Shown here: piece by piece, positions 40,404 to 50,763 of the stretch
Layout of the letters: the number at the start of each line of letters is the position of its first letter
Numbering within the stretch: the stretch's first letter is position 1
NCBI GenBank assembly: GCA_964412585.1
Contig: CAYPPJ010000001.1
Span: 149,334 to 213,333 of the forward strand
From: an uncultured Candidatus Saccharibacteria bacterium
Lineage (GTDB): Bacteria; Patescibacteriota; Minisyncoccia; Phycocordibacterales; PALSA-1337
DNA: 64,000 nucleotides
Reading direction: 5' to 3'
Position numbers and translations under genes: made by a program
The notes under the pieces: model-generated
Told to the model about the DNA's origin: nothing
The model's input: the letters and a program-made list of their open reading frames with translations, nothing else
Databases searched by the model: none

Positions 40404-42362
40404 TTACCTCACTTCCCACCCCTTCACTTTTCGTATTTCGGTGTAGACTGACTCCATGATTGTGTTAGCTTCCTCGTCAGTCAATGTGCGATCAGGTGCT
40501 TGGAATACCAATCTGAATGCAAATGAAATTTTGCCGTCTTTTTTGAATGTATCGAATAATGCGTAGCGCACCAACAACTCAGTTCCACCAGCCTGCTGAA
40601 CCCCATTCATAATAACTGACCACAGTGATGGTGGACCTCCCGCATCAGAAATCTCGGAAGCATCGATAGTGTTATCAGGTACAAAAACAGCGATATCGCG
40701 AACAATGAACGGAAAGAGTGAGAATTTCTTGTAGACAATCGATGACGCTTTTCCAAAACCAAGATCGTCGTATGAAGTCGGATCAAGTAATGTCGCAACC
40801 AAAGCCGGCATACTGATTTCTACCACATATCCTCCTGGAATCTTTTTACTGTGTGTAGGTGAAACTACGGGTACGCCGAGCGCATCGGCAACCTTCTTCA
40901 AAACGTCATTAACTTCTTGTTCCGGCGAATACCCCTTTACCTTTTTTACTTGTTGCGCACCGATAGCCAGTGATGTATATTCTCCCTCCGCAGAAAAGAC
41001 CGTGCCCACTTCAAATATGTGTATGCGATCAAGTCCGAGAAGTGGCGCATTTTTTGCATTATAATCGAGCGCTTTAACCAAGCCATCCGAAAGGTTAGTC
41101 CTCAAATGATTTTTGTCTGCCGCCAACGGTTTTTCAATTTCCCATACACCCGAGGCAACCAAACTGTATGTATACACTTCAGAAAAACCAGCCTCCACGA
41201 GTACATTCTTCATTTTTTCCCCGTAGTAAAAGGTCTTCTCAACGCGAGACTGTGCAGATGAAATAACCGGCGTAGAGGCCTTTATATTGGCATACCCATA
41301 CAAACGACCTACTTCCTCAGGAATATCGCGCCAATCGCGAATATCGAGCCTATTAGAGGGTACGGAAATCGTTAGAGTATCCCCTTCTTGAGTGACTTTC
41401 ATATTGAGTCGCTCAAGTATCGAAACAATGTCCGACTCTGAAATTTCAATGCCAAGTACTGCCACAATGTCTGATATGTTCGCGGTAATAATCTTTGGCG
41501 ACACTGGGTGAGGATATGCATCCGCCAATGCACCATATGAAGCATTCTTATTGAGGTCGAGAATCAACTTCGTTGCATGATCGACAGCTTCTGACTGGAG
41601 TTCTATAGAAAGACCATTCTCAAAACGTTTTGATGCATCTGAACGAATGCCGATCTTGAGAGATGTCTTGCGCACACTCGAACTATTAAATACGCCTCCA
41701 ACCAATATTATGTTCTTTGTCTCTGCTGAAATTTCTGCGCGCTTTCCCCCCTTGATGCCTGCGATGGCAAGTGGCCCTTCGTCATCAGCCTCAAGAAGCA
41801 TTGTTTCATCGAGCGCGATTTCCCTACCATCCAAAATCGTAATTTTTTCACCTGCTTTGGCACGTCGAAGCACCAGTGTTCCCTTCACTTTATCGGCATC
41901 AAATGCGTGGAGTGGTTGACCTATATCAAAAAGGACGAAATTGGTGACATCCACGATGGTATTGATCGAACGTTGGCCAACCGTCTCAAGTGGTTTCTTG
42001 AGCCATTCGGGCGAATCTGATACTGCAACATTGTGTATGAGACGCGCACAGTAACGGGTACACAATGTCTCATCCTCGATACGAATCTGTGCCGTATCAA
42101 GCTGTGCTGATGATAGACTAACGTTCTCTAGTTTCTTAGGCTTCAGATTGAAAATCGCTGCAACTTCACCAGCAACACCACGGTGAGATAGCGCGTACGG
42201 CGCACGATCAGGGAGAACATTCACGTCTATGACAGAATCGTCTCCAACCTGCTCAACACCCTCAACTTCACACATGTGGAATGTAATCTTATGCGACAAA
42301 TCAGCAGTCGAAGGAAGTGTGTCAGCAATATGTGTTTGAAGCCAGTTGTAGGAAATTTTCAT
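40404..42362 (-). CDS. pheT: Phenylalanine-tRNA ligase beta subunit
   Basis: MKISYNWL, GQPLHAFD, SDASKRFE, RLDI...EEVGRLYGY, C-terminal RDIA...DRTLTDEE. Confidence 0.95.
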   Translation of the reverse strand: MKISYNWLQTHIADTLPSTADLSHKITFHMCEVEGVEQVGDDSVIDVNVLPDRAPYALSHRGVAGEVAAIFNLKPKKLENVSLSSAQLDTAQIRIEDETLCTRYCARLIHNVAVSDSPEWLKKPLETVGQRSINTIVDVTNFVLFDIGQPLHAFDADKVKGTLVLRRAKAGEKITILDGREIALDETMLLEADDEGPLAIAGIKGGKRAEISAETKNIILVGGVFNSSSVRKTSLKIGIRSDASKRFENGLSIELQSEAVDHATKLILDLNKNASYGALADAYPHPVSPKIITANISDIVAVLGIEISESDIVSILERLNMKVTQEGDTLTISVPSNRLDIRDWRDIPEEVGRLYGYANIKASTPVISSAQSRVEKTFYYGEKMKNVLVEAGFSEVYTYSLVASGVWEIEKPLAADKNHLRTNLSDGLVKALDYNAKNAPLLGLDRIHIFEVGTVFSAEGEYTSLAIGAQQVKKVKGYSPEQEVNDVLKKVADALGVPVVSPTHSKKIPGGYVVEISMPALVATLLDPTSYDDLGFGKASSIVYKKFSLFPFIVRDIAVFVPDNTIDASEISDAGGPPSLWSVIMNGVQQAGGTELLVRYALFDTFKKDGKISFAFRLVFQAPDRTLTDEEANTIMESVYTEIRKVKGWEVR

Positions 42363-42388
42363 TGTGGTTTATTGAGGGTTGAACCTGA

Positions 42389-42907
42389 TCACTTCTCCGA
42401 AGAAGGTCGTAAAATCGTAATGTATCCATCGTTTGAAGCTATATGCTCAAACATTCCTGAAATCCCAACACCAATAACATAATGATCGCTTTGATTGGCC
42501 TCTTCGGGAATACTCCAAACAAAACTGCCGTTGTTAGGTACCTGATCAATCACTTTGTAATATAATTCCCCTGCACATACAAGTGTGCCATCAGAGCACT
42601 GTTCTTGGATAAATATCTGAACGTAGTCCTCTTTCCAATCAGTCGTCTCCCAAGCTATCTTGATATTGTCGCCAACTTTATACGATTCTCCACCTTTTGG
42701 CGTAATAAGACGAATTTGAGCAATAGGTTCCTTTTCGCTATAAGGAGACGTCTCCTTTTTAATTTCTTTTGAAATATCAGTATCCGATTTATTTACATCA
42801 CCTTGCTTCCCCACACCCAAATAATGCAGCCCCGCCGCAATCGCAACTAAAATAATCAGTGTAATGATCATCATAGGCACACTCATTTTTACTTTCATAT
42901 CAGGCAT
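42389..42907 (-). CDS. Membrane-anchored protein with an Ig-like (Kre9/Ser-Thr-rich-like) domain
   Basis: TM helix; IRLITPKGGESYKVGDNIKIAW...NNGSFVWSIP. Confidence 0.7.
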   Translation of the reverse strand: MPDMKVKMSVPMMIITLIILVAIAAGLHYLGVGKQGDVNKSDTDISKEIKKETSPYSEKEPIAQIRLITPKGGESYKVGDNIKIAWETTDWKEDYVQIFIQEQCSDGTLVCAGELYYKVIDQVPNNGSFVWSIPEEANQSDHYVIGVGISGMFEHIASNDGYITILRPSSEK

Positions 42908-42913
42908 ACTCGT

Positions 42914-43138
42914 TTAATTGTTAGTCGACATAAATACGAACCTCGGCACCTTCTTCCCCTCAACTTCAACTACATCTTCAAACATAGAAACGGGACGGAC
43001 CCATAGTTTCGAAACAGGATTTTCATACTGAGCTTCGTAGACTACCATCGGCTCCAGCGTTTCCGAATGCGCAGCAGTCCCGATGACGCGATAGAGCGTT
43101 CCTTTTTTCGAATGTTTGTAAATGCCGAGCTTGATCAT
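42914..43138 (-). CDS. DUF1653-family protein
   Basis: GIYKHSKKGTLYRV...HSETLEPMVVY...LWVRPVSMF...PRF. Confidence 0.88.
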   Translation of the reverse strand: MIKLGIYKHSKKGTLYRVIGTAAHSETLEPMVVYEAQYENPVSKLWVRPVSMFEDVVEVEGKKVPRFVFMSTNN

Positions 43139-43139
43139 G

Positions 43140-43859
43140 TTAAAACTGATTGACGAACCTCAAATCCCCCGAATACAACGAGCGAATATCATCGACACCA
43201 TATTTGATCATCAACAATCGATCGAGTCCGCCACCAAAGGCAAAGCCACACCACTCATCTGGATCAACGCCAGCTTCTTTCAGCACATTTTGGTGCAACA
43301 TACCTGAGCCCATAACTTCGAGCCAGCGGTCCTTGAATTTGACCCAGACCTCAGCGGAAGGTTCGGTAAATGAAAAGTAGCTTGGGCGAAACTGAATTTC
43401 GACATCATCACCAAGAATTTTTCGATAATAATACAGCAGTGTCGACTTGAGGTCGGCGAGCGACACCTTCCCTTTTTTGTCTACATAGACACCATCGAGC
43501 TGATAAAACTGTGCTTCATGTGTTGCGTCAGTAGCTTCGTTTCGAAACACTTTCCCTGGAAATATTTTGCGAATGGGAAACTCATTTTTGCACTGTGCGA
43601 GAGCACGTGCAGTCGCTGAAGTATTGTGCGTACGCAATACCGGACGTTCTTTTGAACCCTTTTGAGGCTTTATCCAGAATGTGTCCTGCATATCACGAGC
43701 TGGGTGATCTGAGGGTATATTGAGCGCATCAAAGTTGAAATGCTCAGTCTCAAGTTCGGGGCCAGATGCAACCTCAAAACCAAGATCTTGGAAGATGGTC
43801 TGAGTCTCCCGAATGAGCTGGGTCATCGGGTGTAGGTGGCCTTTAGGGCTAGGATTCAT
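43140..43859 (-). CDS. pheS: Phenylalanine-tRNA ligase alpha subunit (catalytic core only)
   Basis: GHLHP, NFDALNIPSDHPARDMQDTF, FRNE, FRPSYFSFTEPS, GFAFGGGLDRL. Confidence 0.95.
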   Translation of the reverse strand: MNPSPKGHLHPMTQLIRETQTIFQDLGFEVASGPELETEHFNFDALNIPSDHPARDMQDTFWIKPQKGSKERPVLRTHNTSATARALAQCKNEFPIRKIFPGKVFRNEATDATHEAQFYQLDGVYVDKKGKVSLADLKSTLLYYYRKILGDDVEIQFRPSYFSFTEPSAEVWVKFKDRWLEVMGSGMLHQNVLKEAGVDPDEWCGFAFGGGLDRLLMIKYGVDDIRSLYSGDLRFVNQF

Positions 43860-43958
43860 GGACTATACTGTAGCAAGAAAACGTCTTTTTTTCTATTGAA
43901 AAAGCCCGGCCATTCGACCGAGCTTACCTGAATGATTGAAGTGTCAGGATTTTGTTGG

Positions 43959-44771
43959 TTAGGGCACCCACAGCTTTTTCATGCGGAAAAATGCCCGTTC
44001 GTGATATTTCTCACCAATAACACCCACCTGTTCTTTGAGGACCTCACTATCACCCGGACTATTGGCGATGCCGACTTCTTCCCAATTTAGCAGATTCGTT
44101 GATGCCTCGACGGAATATGACGTATTAGGTTCCATGAAACCGTTCAGTACCAATCCTTTGCTTGTCGAATTTGGAATGGGTTGCAGGATCAAGCGACTGA
44201 TCTGAGCGAAGTCAGCTGAAACAAGCGGCGCACGAGCAACTACGCCAGTAAATTTCTCACCTGACACATTTGGAACGGCCACGAGTGTACTGTTTACCTG
44301 ATCAACAAGTCTAACCGTGCGACTATCGCCATGCTGATACGTCACCGATATCTCTGATCCGATCTCGAAGCCACCGACGAAGTCGGCGACGACGCGAATC
44401 GTGCGAAATCCATTGGTCGGAATGACAAGATTGGTAATCGTGTCAAAGATGACTCTGCCGTTGTCACAGTCGCAGACGATCGGAGTGCTCCAGACTCGTT
44501 TTGGATCCGTCAACACCACGCCGTTTTCATCAAACAAACGAACGTTGATGACTTGGTGATAGATCCAGGACGGCACAGTGACGCCGAAAGCAATCTGGGT
44601 AAGTTGAAGTTCTTGATCCTCGTCGCCAGTGACAATAAATCGTGCCAACGTCGAGTTGGTCGTGATGCGCACATGGGCAGGAGTGGCTGCCGTTGCCTGG
44701 AGACTACCCGCCCAGACCGAGGCTTGCAATAATGTTGATACGGCAAGTGCGAGAATAACTAACAGTTTCAT
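43959..44771 (-). CDS. Secreted protein with C-terminal YSVEASTNLLNW...FFRM module
   Basis: Signal peptide; beta-sandwich region; terminator-like hairpin at about 43899-43926. Confidence 0.78.
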   Translation of the reverse strand: MKLLVILALAVSTLLQASVWAGSLQATAATPAHVRITTNSTLARFIVTGDEDQELQLTQIAFGVTVPSWIYHQVINVRLFDENGVVLTDPKRVWSTPIVCDCDNGRVIFDTITNLVIPTNGFRTIRVVADFVGGFEIGSEISVTYQHGDSRTVRLVDQVNSTLVAVPNVSGEKFTGVVARAPLVSADFAQISRLILQPIPNSTSKGLVLNGFMEPNTSYSVEASTNLLNWEEVGIANSPGDSEVLKEQVGVIGEKYHERAFFRMKKLWVP

Positions 44772-44858
44772 GATGTCGATTCCATTTCTTTTTCTGTGGG
44801 TTTATATTGATTTCAAAAGATTTGTGACAGAAACACAAATCAGTACAAAACGGCCTAC

Positions 44859-44888
44859 AGTATACCACATATATAGTGGTAATGTCAA
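44859..44888 (-). promoter_or_regulatory. sigma70 promoter
   Basis: TTGACA-N18-TATACT with extended TG. Confidence 0.65.
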
Positions 44889-44908
44889 TAGGTTATTAAA
44901 CAGTCTTC

Positions 44909-45823
44909 TTACAACCTTACGTAGAACACATCCTTACCCTCTTTCACATAGAGTGCTCCGGCCCAAATACGATACTCTATTTTTGGGCCAAGAAAAATCG
45001 GGACGGCTGGCTTCCGTGGTCCAGCATCTGTCTCAAGAGCAAAAAGCCCTTTGTGCGTCAGGATAATGGCCACATCCTTGCGTCCTGGGAAAAAATCAAC
45101 AGACAAAACGGTGGTAGCAACTGGAACATGAACCTGTGTTACACAGACATTTTCTTGCTCAATAACAGAACAGAAAAATCGAGGAATGCGAGACATGCTT
45201 CCCTGCCACTCAAACACGACAATATGATTGCGCTCAGTCCACAGGGCTACCGATGAATTGATCCGCGCAGTAGATGTTGAGGTAGCAACAGGGGTTGTTG
45301 AAGCAGGATTGAATAACGCATGAATGTGCTCGTATTGATCCATCGGCACACGTGCAATCAATGCCTCAGTCGAGGTTGAAAGAGTGCTCACACTCGAAGT
45401 TGCTTCCAATTCTGGTAGAACTTTTCGAACGGGAATCGGGTCGGGCAAAATGAGTGCCGACGCAAGTGCAACGTATCGAGGTAGAACAGTAACATCCTTG
45501 TGCCACGGCGTAGTACCAGTCGCACTAATATCGACAGCATGCAACCCAGGGCTCATGCCATCAATAAATAATGTTTCAGAGAAAAAGTTTGGTGTTTCAG
45601 TGCTGTACACTCCGTCGATATATACAGACGAGCCAGGAACCAGTGTATCGAGCACAATCGCACCCGTCGAAGTAACAGAGGTCTGACCCTTGGTATCTGT
45701 GAAGGTCAAACGATATCCGTTCACATATGATACGACGAGCGGTACAAGGATGATGAATGCAACAAATGCCCCAAGGGCAAGGGCACGGCGAGAACGGACC
45801 GACATCGGTCGCATGACTTCCAT
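44909..45823 (-). CDS. PEGA-domain membrane-anchored protein (CPR-type)
   Basis: TM helix then YVNGYRL...TGAIVLDT...VYIDG...PGLHAVDI...PWHKDV. Confidence 0.75.
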   Translation of the reverse strand: MEVMRPMSVRSRRALALGAFVAFIILVPLVVSYVNGYRLTFTDTKGQTSVTSTGAIVLDTLVPGSSVYIDGVYSTETPNFFSETLFIDGMSPGLHAVDISATGTTPWHKDVTVLPRYVALASALILPDPIPVRKVLPELEATSSVSTLSTSTEALIARVPMDQYEHIHALFNPASTTPVATSTSTARINSSVALWTERNHIVVFEWQGSMSRIPRFFCSVIEQENVCVTQVHVPVATTVLSVDFFPGRKDVAIILTHKGLFALETDAGPRKPAVPIFLGPKIEYRIWAGALYVKEGKDVFYVRL

Positions 45824-45865
45824 ATGGAGGCGATTGTAGCACAGAACGACACGCCAAACACGCTC

Positions 45866-47401
45866 TCACGGGCGGTGTTTTGGAGTAACCCAAAATCCCA
45901 GGTATTTACCCACGAACAACCTCGTTTGCGCCTCAAGCGCTGGAATTGCACCAAATATCACTATAGTGAGGGGCACCAAGATCCACTGGATGACCATCCA
46001 CAATGACTGACGCGCAGGTATATGTTTTGGACGTGGTGGCAATAGTGACATGGCCATGTACGCTGACACGATGAGGCCAAACATGGTCACAAACATGATG
46101 TCACGGGTAATAATCGGCAAATTGTATGAAATAACCAACGTCGAAAAATCCCCTCTCCCAATAATAGTTGGCAACCAGCCAAGCAAAAATATCAACAAAG
46201 GGTTGGTTGCCAATGACCAAAAGCCCTCGAGTTGAACCCATGACATTTTGACTTTTTTACCTTTTGGAATTTCTTTTCGTTTCAAGAAATTGAACAGAAT
46301 ATAGGGAACATTTTCAACACCCCATGACCAGCGTCGTTGCTGTAAATATATATTTTTGAGCGTCCCCCAGAATGTTGGAGCGAGATTGGCATCCATTGAA
46401 ACAGGATATGCGATCGGTACGACTTCATAATCACTACCAAAATGCATGTAGCAATTCCAAAAGATGCGCGAGTCCTCTGAGACCATATTTGTCTGCCAAT
46501 AGCCCACGCGACGCAACGTTTCAAACAACACCGCATGCGACGAGAATGTAGCAAGCCGTTCTGGACGCTCTTGTTGAACCATTTGCCAAAAAGTCCCGGA
46601 AAAGGCCACGACGCGCGAGAGGGCTGGCGCATCCCAGATATTGTTGTTATAGAGCGGTACAGGTTGAAATGAAGCGTAGAGTGGTCGAGGGTGATTGAGC
46701 ACGTGCCATGATAAGCATGCGAAATAATCTGGATAGACTACCGTATCAATATCAAAAGCAGAAACAATAACGTGTGTGTATGCAATCCCCTTTTTGTCCA
46801 AGACTTCCGTACGTACCTGTTCGGCCGCATATGAAATGTTAGAACCTTTTCCCGGCATTTCTCCTTCAACATCTGATGGATGAAATGAAACAAAAAAAGT
46901 CCCGAACAGTGAACCATATTCGCGCTGGGCGCGTTCTGCTTTCTCCCGTGCAGATTGACCTGCACGTTCTTCGGCGGCCAACACGACAATGAGACGCTCA
47001 GGAGAAATATGGGCACCCAGAAGTGACTCCAAACTTTTCGCTATCACGCCATAATCTTCTTTATAAAAGGGCAAGATAACAAGGTGATGGAGATGTTCAT
47101 GAGAAAACTGCTTCAATAATTGTCGCCAATCGGTCGCCAACGCTTTCTTGGTACGCCTCCAATTTGTACGCAAATGAATCGAAAGAAAAATCGTTTTGAG
47201 AAACCAATAAATATCAAACGCTATAATAAATATAGCTGCGTATAACGGCACCCAGTACGATGCCGCTATTGCACCGAGAATAGTACCCCATGACAGTATC
47301 GCAGGAATCATTTCAAACAAGCGATATATCTTGCGGTCAGCACCACGAAGCTCGGTTGCCCTACCGATTTTGTAGTGAGTTGAGATGCGTGCGGTTTCCA
47401 T
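45866..47401 (-). CDS. Membrane-embedded family 2 glycosyltransferase
   Basis: PFYKE, GKGSN, FDID, SED, QQRRW; start at ATG 47401 downstream of tRNA-Thr. Confidence 0.88.
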   Translation of the reverse strand: METARISTHYKIGRATELRGADRKIYRLFEMIPAILSWGTILGAIAASYWVPLYAAIFIIAFDIYWFLKTIFLSIHLRTNWRRTKKALATDWRQLLKQFSHEHLHHLVILPFYKEDYGVIAKSLESLLGAHISPERLIVVLAAEERAGQSAREKAERAQREYGSLFGTFFVSFHPSDVEGEMPGKGSNISYAAEQVRTEVLDKKGIAYTHVIVSAFDIDTVVYPDYFACLSWHVLNHPRPLYASFQPVPLYNNNIWDAPALSRVVAFSGTFWQMVQQERPERLATFSSHAVLFETLRRVGYWQTNMVSEDSRIFWNCYMHFGSDYEVVPIAYPVSMDANLAPTFWGTLKNIYLQQRRWSWGVENVPYILFNFLKRKEIPKGKKVKMSWVQLEGFWSLATNPLLIFLLGWLPTIIGRGDFSTLVISYNLPIITRDIMFVTMFGLIVSAYMAMSLLPPRPKHIPARQSLWMVIQWILVPLTIVIFGAIPALEAQTRLFVGKYLGFWVTPKHRP

Positions 47402-47425
47402 AGTGTTCGCTGTGACGCGTCGCGG

Positions 47426-47498
47426 AGCCACCTCCCAGGCTTGAACTGGGGACCTTCGCTTTACAAAAGCGTTGCTCTACCAACTGAGCTAAGGTGGC
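47426..47498 (-). tRNA. tRNA-Thr(TGT)
   Basis: GCCACCTTAGCTCAGTTGGTAGAGC, arm CGCT-TTTGTAA-AGCG, GTTCAAGCC. Confidence 0.94.
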
Positions 47499-47568
47499 GT
47501 GCAGGAAACTGTACCAATTTTTTGACCTTTTCGCAAGAAAAAACACCTACCGGAACACCTTGCAGGTT

Positions 47569-47943
47569 TTATTTATCAGAAATCCTGCGCAGATAGAACG
47601 AGGCGCCATGATCTTTGACTTCCCCGCGACCACGCACCGCATCGAGCATTTTCTTTCCTTGGGGCATCGCAAGGAATGATGCCTTGATCTCTACATATAC
47701 TTTTCGAACACGGACAAGAATATGGAAAGCAATCCAGTGGCCGAGAGCGACAAAAGTATGCTTGTTGAGATACGAAGCTGCATTTCCTACGGCACTAAAA
47801 ATCGTATGGAAAAATTGATCACTTCCTCGTCCGAGGCGCGAAATGATGCTTGGATGACCAGACTTTACCTCTGCACGCTTGAGGAGAATCATCACAATGA
47901 TGAGTATGAGTGAGAAGTAGAATATGCCGATAGTAGTATACAT
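47569..47943 (-). CDS. Hypothetical membrane-anchored protein (CPR-type)
   Basis: N-terminal TM; C-terminal DAVRGRG...GASFYLRRIS. Confidence 0.65.
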   Translation of the reverse strand: MYTTIGIFYFSLILIIVMILLKRAEVKSGHPSIISRLGRGSDQFFHTIFSAVGNAASYLNKHTFVALGHWIAFHILVRVRKVYVEIKASFLAMPQGKKMLDAVRGRGEVKDHGASFYLRRISDK

Positions 47944-47991
47944 AAGAAGGAGATTAGAGATTGGAACATCCCAAAACACAAACTATACCTA

Positions 47992-48585
47992 CTAGTTCTC
48001 GAGTACCTTGAAACGCTTGAATCGCGCAATCGCCGTCTTTTCACCGAACTTTTGTACTGCTGCATCAACAAGTCCCTGGATGGTGACTTCTGGATTCTTG
48101 ATGAATGGCTGATTTGAGAGAACCATCTCAGCAAAATAGGTATCAAGCTTGCCCTGAAGAATCTTGTCTTTCATAGCAGCTGGCTTGTCTTTGACTTCAG
48201 CCTCAAATACTTCACGAGCAACCTTCATGTCTGATTCCTGAATATCTTCCTTGCGAAGGAATTTCGGATTGGTAGCTGTAATATGCATAGCAATGTCACG
48301 AGCGAGAGCCTTGAACTCGTCGTTATTGGCGACGAAGTCGGTCTCACAGTTGAGTTCGACAATAGCTCCTACCGTACCTGTCGCGTGGATGTATGCCTGA
48401 ACTGTGCCAGCGCCAAAGGTACGATCTCCTTTCTTTGCGGCCAATTCGCCACTCTTTTTGCGAAGAATCACCATGGCCTTCTCCATATCACCTCCAGCTT
48501 CCTCGAGGGCTTTGCGGCACTGCATAACGGAAATGCCGGTCTGATCACGGAGTGTTTTGACTTGTTCTGTAGTGATGGATGACAT
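47992..48585 (-). CDS. tsf: Translation elongation factor Ts (short form)
   Basis: VKTLRDQTGISVMQCRKAL, ELNCETDFVA, IAMHI, QPFIK; start at ATG 48585. Confidence 0.95.
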   Translation of the reverse strand: MSSITTEQVKTLRDQTGISVMQCRKALEEAGGDMEKAMVILRKKSGELAAKKGDRTFGAGTVQAYIHATGTVGAIVELNCETDFVANNDEFKALARDIAMHITATNPKFLRKEDIQESDMKVAREVFEAEVKDKPAAMKDKILQGKLDTYFAEMVLSNQPFIKNPEVTIQGLVDAAVQKFGEKTAIARFKRFKVLEN

Positions 48586-48736
48586 GGGAGTAATATTAGA
48601 CGATGCTGATACTGAAAATTGTTTTGATAAGCGTTCCTTTTGTTCCTTGAGTGAACCAGCCGGCGGAACAGACGAATCAACGGGAGTATCTTTCTTTTTT
48701 GTCCACAACAGGAATGGGCTAAGCATGGCCTACACC

Positions 48737-49435
48737 TTAGATCTTTTTGCCGGCTTGATATGCCTTGGCAACTTCATCAAGAAAATATGCAATGCTTGCT
48801 TTTGATGCATCATTGCCGAGAATTGGGTATTTGACCTCGCGAATATCACAGTCTGATCCTGCGAGTGCGATAACAGGGACATTCATACCCTGAGCTTCTT
48901 TGACCGCGATCTTTTCTCGGCGTGGGTCAATGACAAACAATGCGTCAGGAATCTTTTTGAGAGAAACAATGCCAAAAAACATCTTTTCGAGAGAGGCGAT
49001 CTCCTTGTCGATCAACATACGTTCGCGCTTGGTATACTTTGCGAGTTCGCCCTTTTCGCGATCTGAGACGAGTTTTTCAAATCGATCAATACGCTTCCTG
49101 ATCTGTCCAAAGTTACTGAGGGTTCCTCCGATCCAGCGTCCATCGACGTAGGGCATGTTGAGTGACAATGCTGCAAGCTTGACCGCAGCAGAGGCTTCTT
49201 TTTTGCCGCCAACAAAGAGGATGGTCTTCCCTTCTTTTGCATAAGCGGTGATAGCCGCTTGTGCCGCCTGAAGTGTATCAGCAGTCTTTTCGAGATCAAA
49301 TATATCTGTGGAGTTCTTGGTACCGAAGATAAATGGGGTCGTCGTTGGGTGGCGGCGTGAGCGTCCAAGGCCAAAATGCGCGCCAGCGGCGAACATTGAT
49401 TCTATACCCTTCTTGTTGCTGTTCTTGGTATCCAT
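48737..49435 (-). CDS. rpsB: 30S ribosomal protein S2
   Basis: AGAHFG, IFDLEKT, RWIGGTLSNF, PILGND. Confidence 0.96.
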   Translation of the reverse strand: MDTKNSNKKGIESMFAAGAHFGLGRSRRHPTTTPFIFGTKNSTDIFDLEKTADTLQAAQAAITAYAKEGKTILFVGGKKEASAAVKLAALSLNMPYVDGRWIGGTLSNFGQIRKRIDRFEKLVSDREKGELAKYTKRERMLIDKEIASLEKMFFGIVSLKKIPDALFVIDPRREKIAVKEAQGMNVPVIALAGSDCDIREVKYPILGNDASKASIAYFLDEVAKAYQAGKKI

Positions 49436-49475
49436 AGTGTGTGTTAACGTATCAAAATAATTACGAAAAGTCAAT

Positions 49476-50747
49476 TTAGTACTCTCTCATCGACACCTGA
49501 GCGTCGACTTTTTTCAGCAAATCAAGGACTACTGAGACCACGATGAGAAGCGCGGTACCGCCAATAGCAAGAGATTTGTTTGCGGTAAATGCCTGCATGA
49601 CGAGCGGTAATACAGCCACTACACCGAGGAAAATCGCGCCAACCAACGTAATGCGAGTCACGATGGAAGCAAGATGATCACGGGTGTGCTCGCCTGGACG
49701 AACCCCAGGAATAAATGCGCCTGAACGCTGGAGGTTTTCAGAAATCTGTTTTGGATCGAAGGTGACGGCTGTATAGAAGTAGGTGAAAGCAACGACAAGT
49801 ATAAAGTAGAAAATGCCGTAGACCCATGGATTATTGAAGAATGACGTAAACGAGGTTGCGTAGCTTGCAATAGTCGCGTTTTTTACATGAGAGAGGAAAT
49901 TCGAAATAATCTGAGGGAATAACAAGATAGAGAGAGCAAAGATGATCGGAATAACACCTGCCTGATTGAGGCGCAATGGAAGATACGTCGAAGCTCCACC
50001 GTAGACTTTGTTTCCCCTCACCTGTTTTGCATACGTGACTGGAACTGAACGTTCAGCTTCGGTGACATATACCACGCCAGCAATGACAACAAGGGCAACA
50101 ACGAGACCAGTGATATAGATAGGCATGTCAGCGACATTGTATCCGGCAATAAACTGGGTGACGCGGTCAGGCAATACTGAGACGATACCAGCAAAGATAA
50201 TGAGAGAAACGCCGTTGCCAATACCAAACTCAGAGATAAGTTCACCGACCCACATAAGCAGAACTGAACCAGCGGTGATGACAACGATATTGACGATATA
50301 CGCATAAGTGCCGAGCGCCGGCAATACATTTTGCGACTGAAGCAATGTCATAAAACCGACAGCCGAGAGAACTGCGAGCGGAACTGACAACAGACGTGAG
50401 TAATGAGAAAGTTTGAGACGTCCAGCCTCACCCTCATCATGCATGAGCGCCTTCCATTTTGGGAACATCATAGTGAGGAGCTGAATGACGATAGACGCGG
50501 TAATGAATGGTCCAACACCAAGCATCACGATAGACAAATTTGAAAGTCCTCCACCGGAAAAAATGTTAAGGAAACCAAAAAATTGGCTCGAATTGAGGAG
50601 TGTGCTCAAGTTTGCGGCATTGACCCCCGGAATAGGAATTGTGGCCAACAGACGGAATAACACAAGTGCCAAAATGGTAAAGCCGACCCTCTTGCGGAGA
50701 ATCGGATCTTTGAGTGCCGTTGCTATCTTTTGCCAGATGTTATTCAT
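49476..50747 (-). CDS. secY: Preprotein translocase SecY
   Basis: LGVGPFITASI, GIGNGVSLIIFAGI, NQAGVIPIIFA, FIPGVRPG, IGGTALLIVV. Confidence 0.98.
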   Translation of the reverse strand: MNNIWQKIATALKDPILRKRVGFTILALVLFRLLATIPIPGVNAANLSTLLNSSQFFGFLNIFSGGGLSNLSIVMLGVGPFITASIVIQLLTMMFPKWKALMHDEGEAGRLKLSHYSRLLSVPLAVLSAVGFMTLLQSQNVLPALGTYAYIVNIVVITAGSVLLMWVGELISEFGIGNGVSLIIFAGIVSVLPDRVTQFIAGYNVADMPIYITGLVVALVVIAGVVYVTEAERSVPVTYAKQVRGNKVYGGASTYLPLRLNQAGVIPIIFALSILLFPQIISNFLSHVKNATIASYATSFTSFFNNPWVYGIFYFILVVAFTYFYTAVTFDPKQISENLQRSGAFIPGVRPGEHTRDHLASIVTRITLVGAIFLGVVAVLPLVMQAFTANKSLAIGGTALLIVVSVVLDLLKKVDAQVSMREY

Positions 50748-50763
50748 GAGGTAAGTATATCAC

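Noticed and set aside
48586-48726. 47-aa N-terminal extension of EF-Ts
   Set aside because: Homology begins at MSSITTEQVK, and ATG 48585 has the typical local start context.
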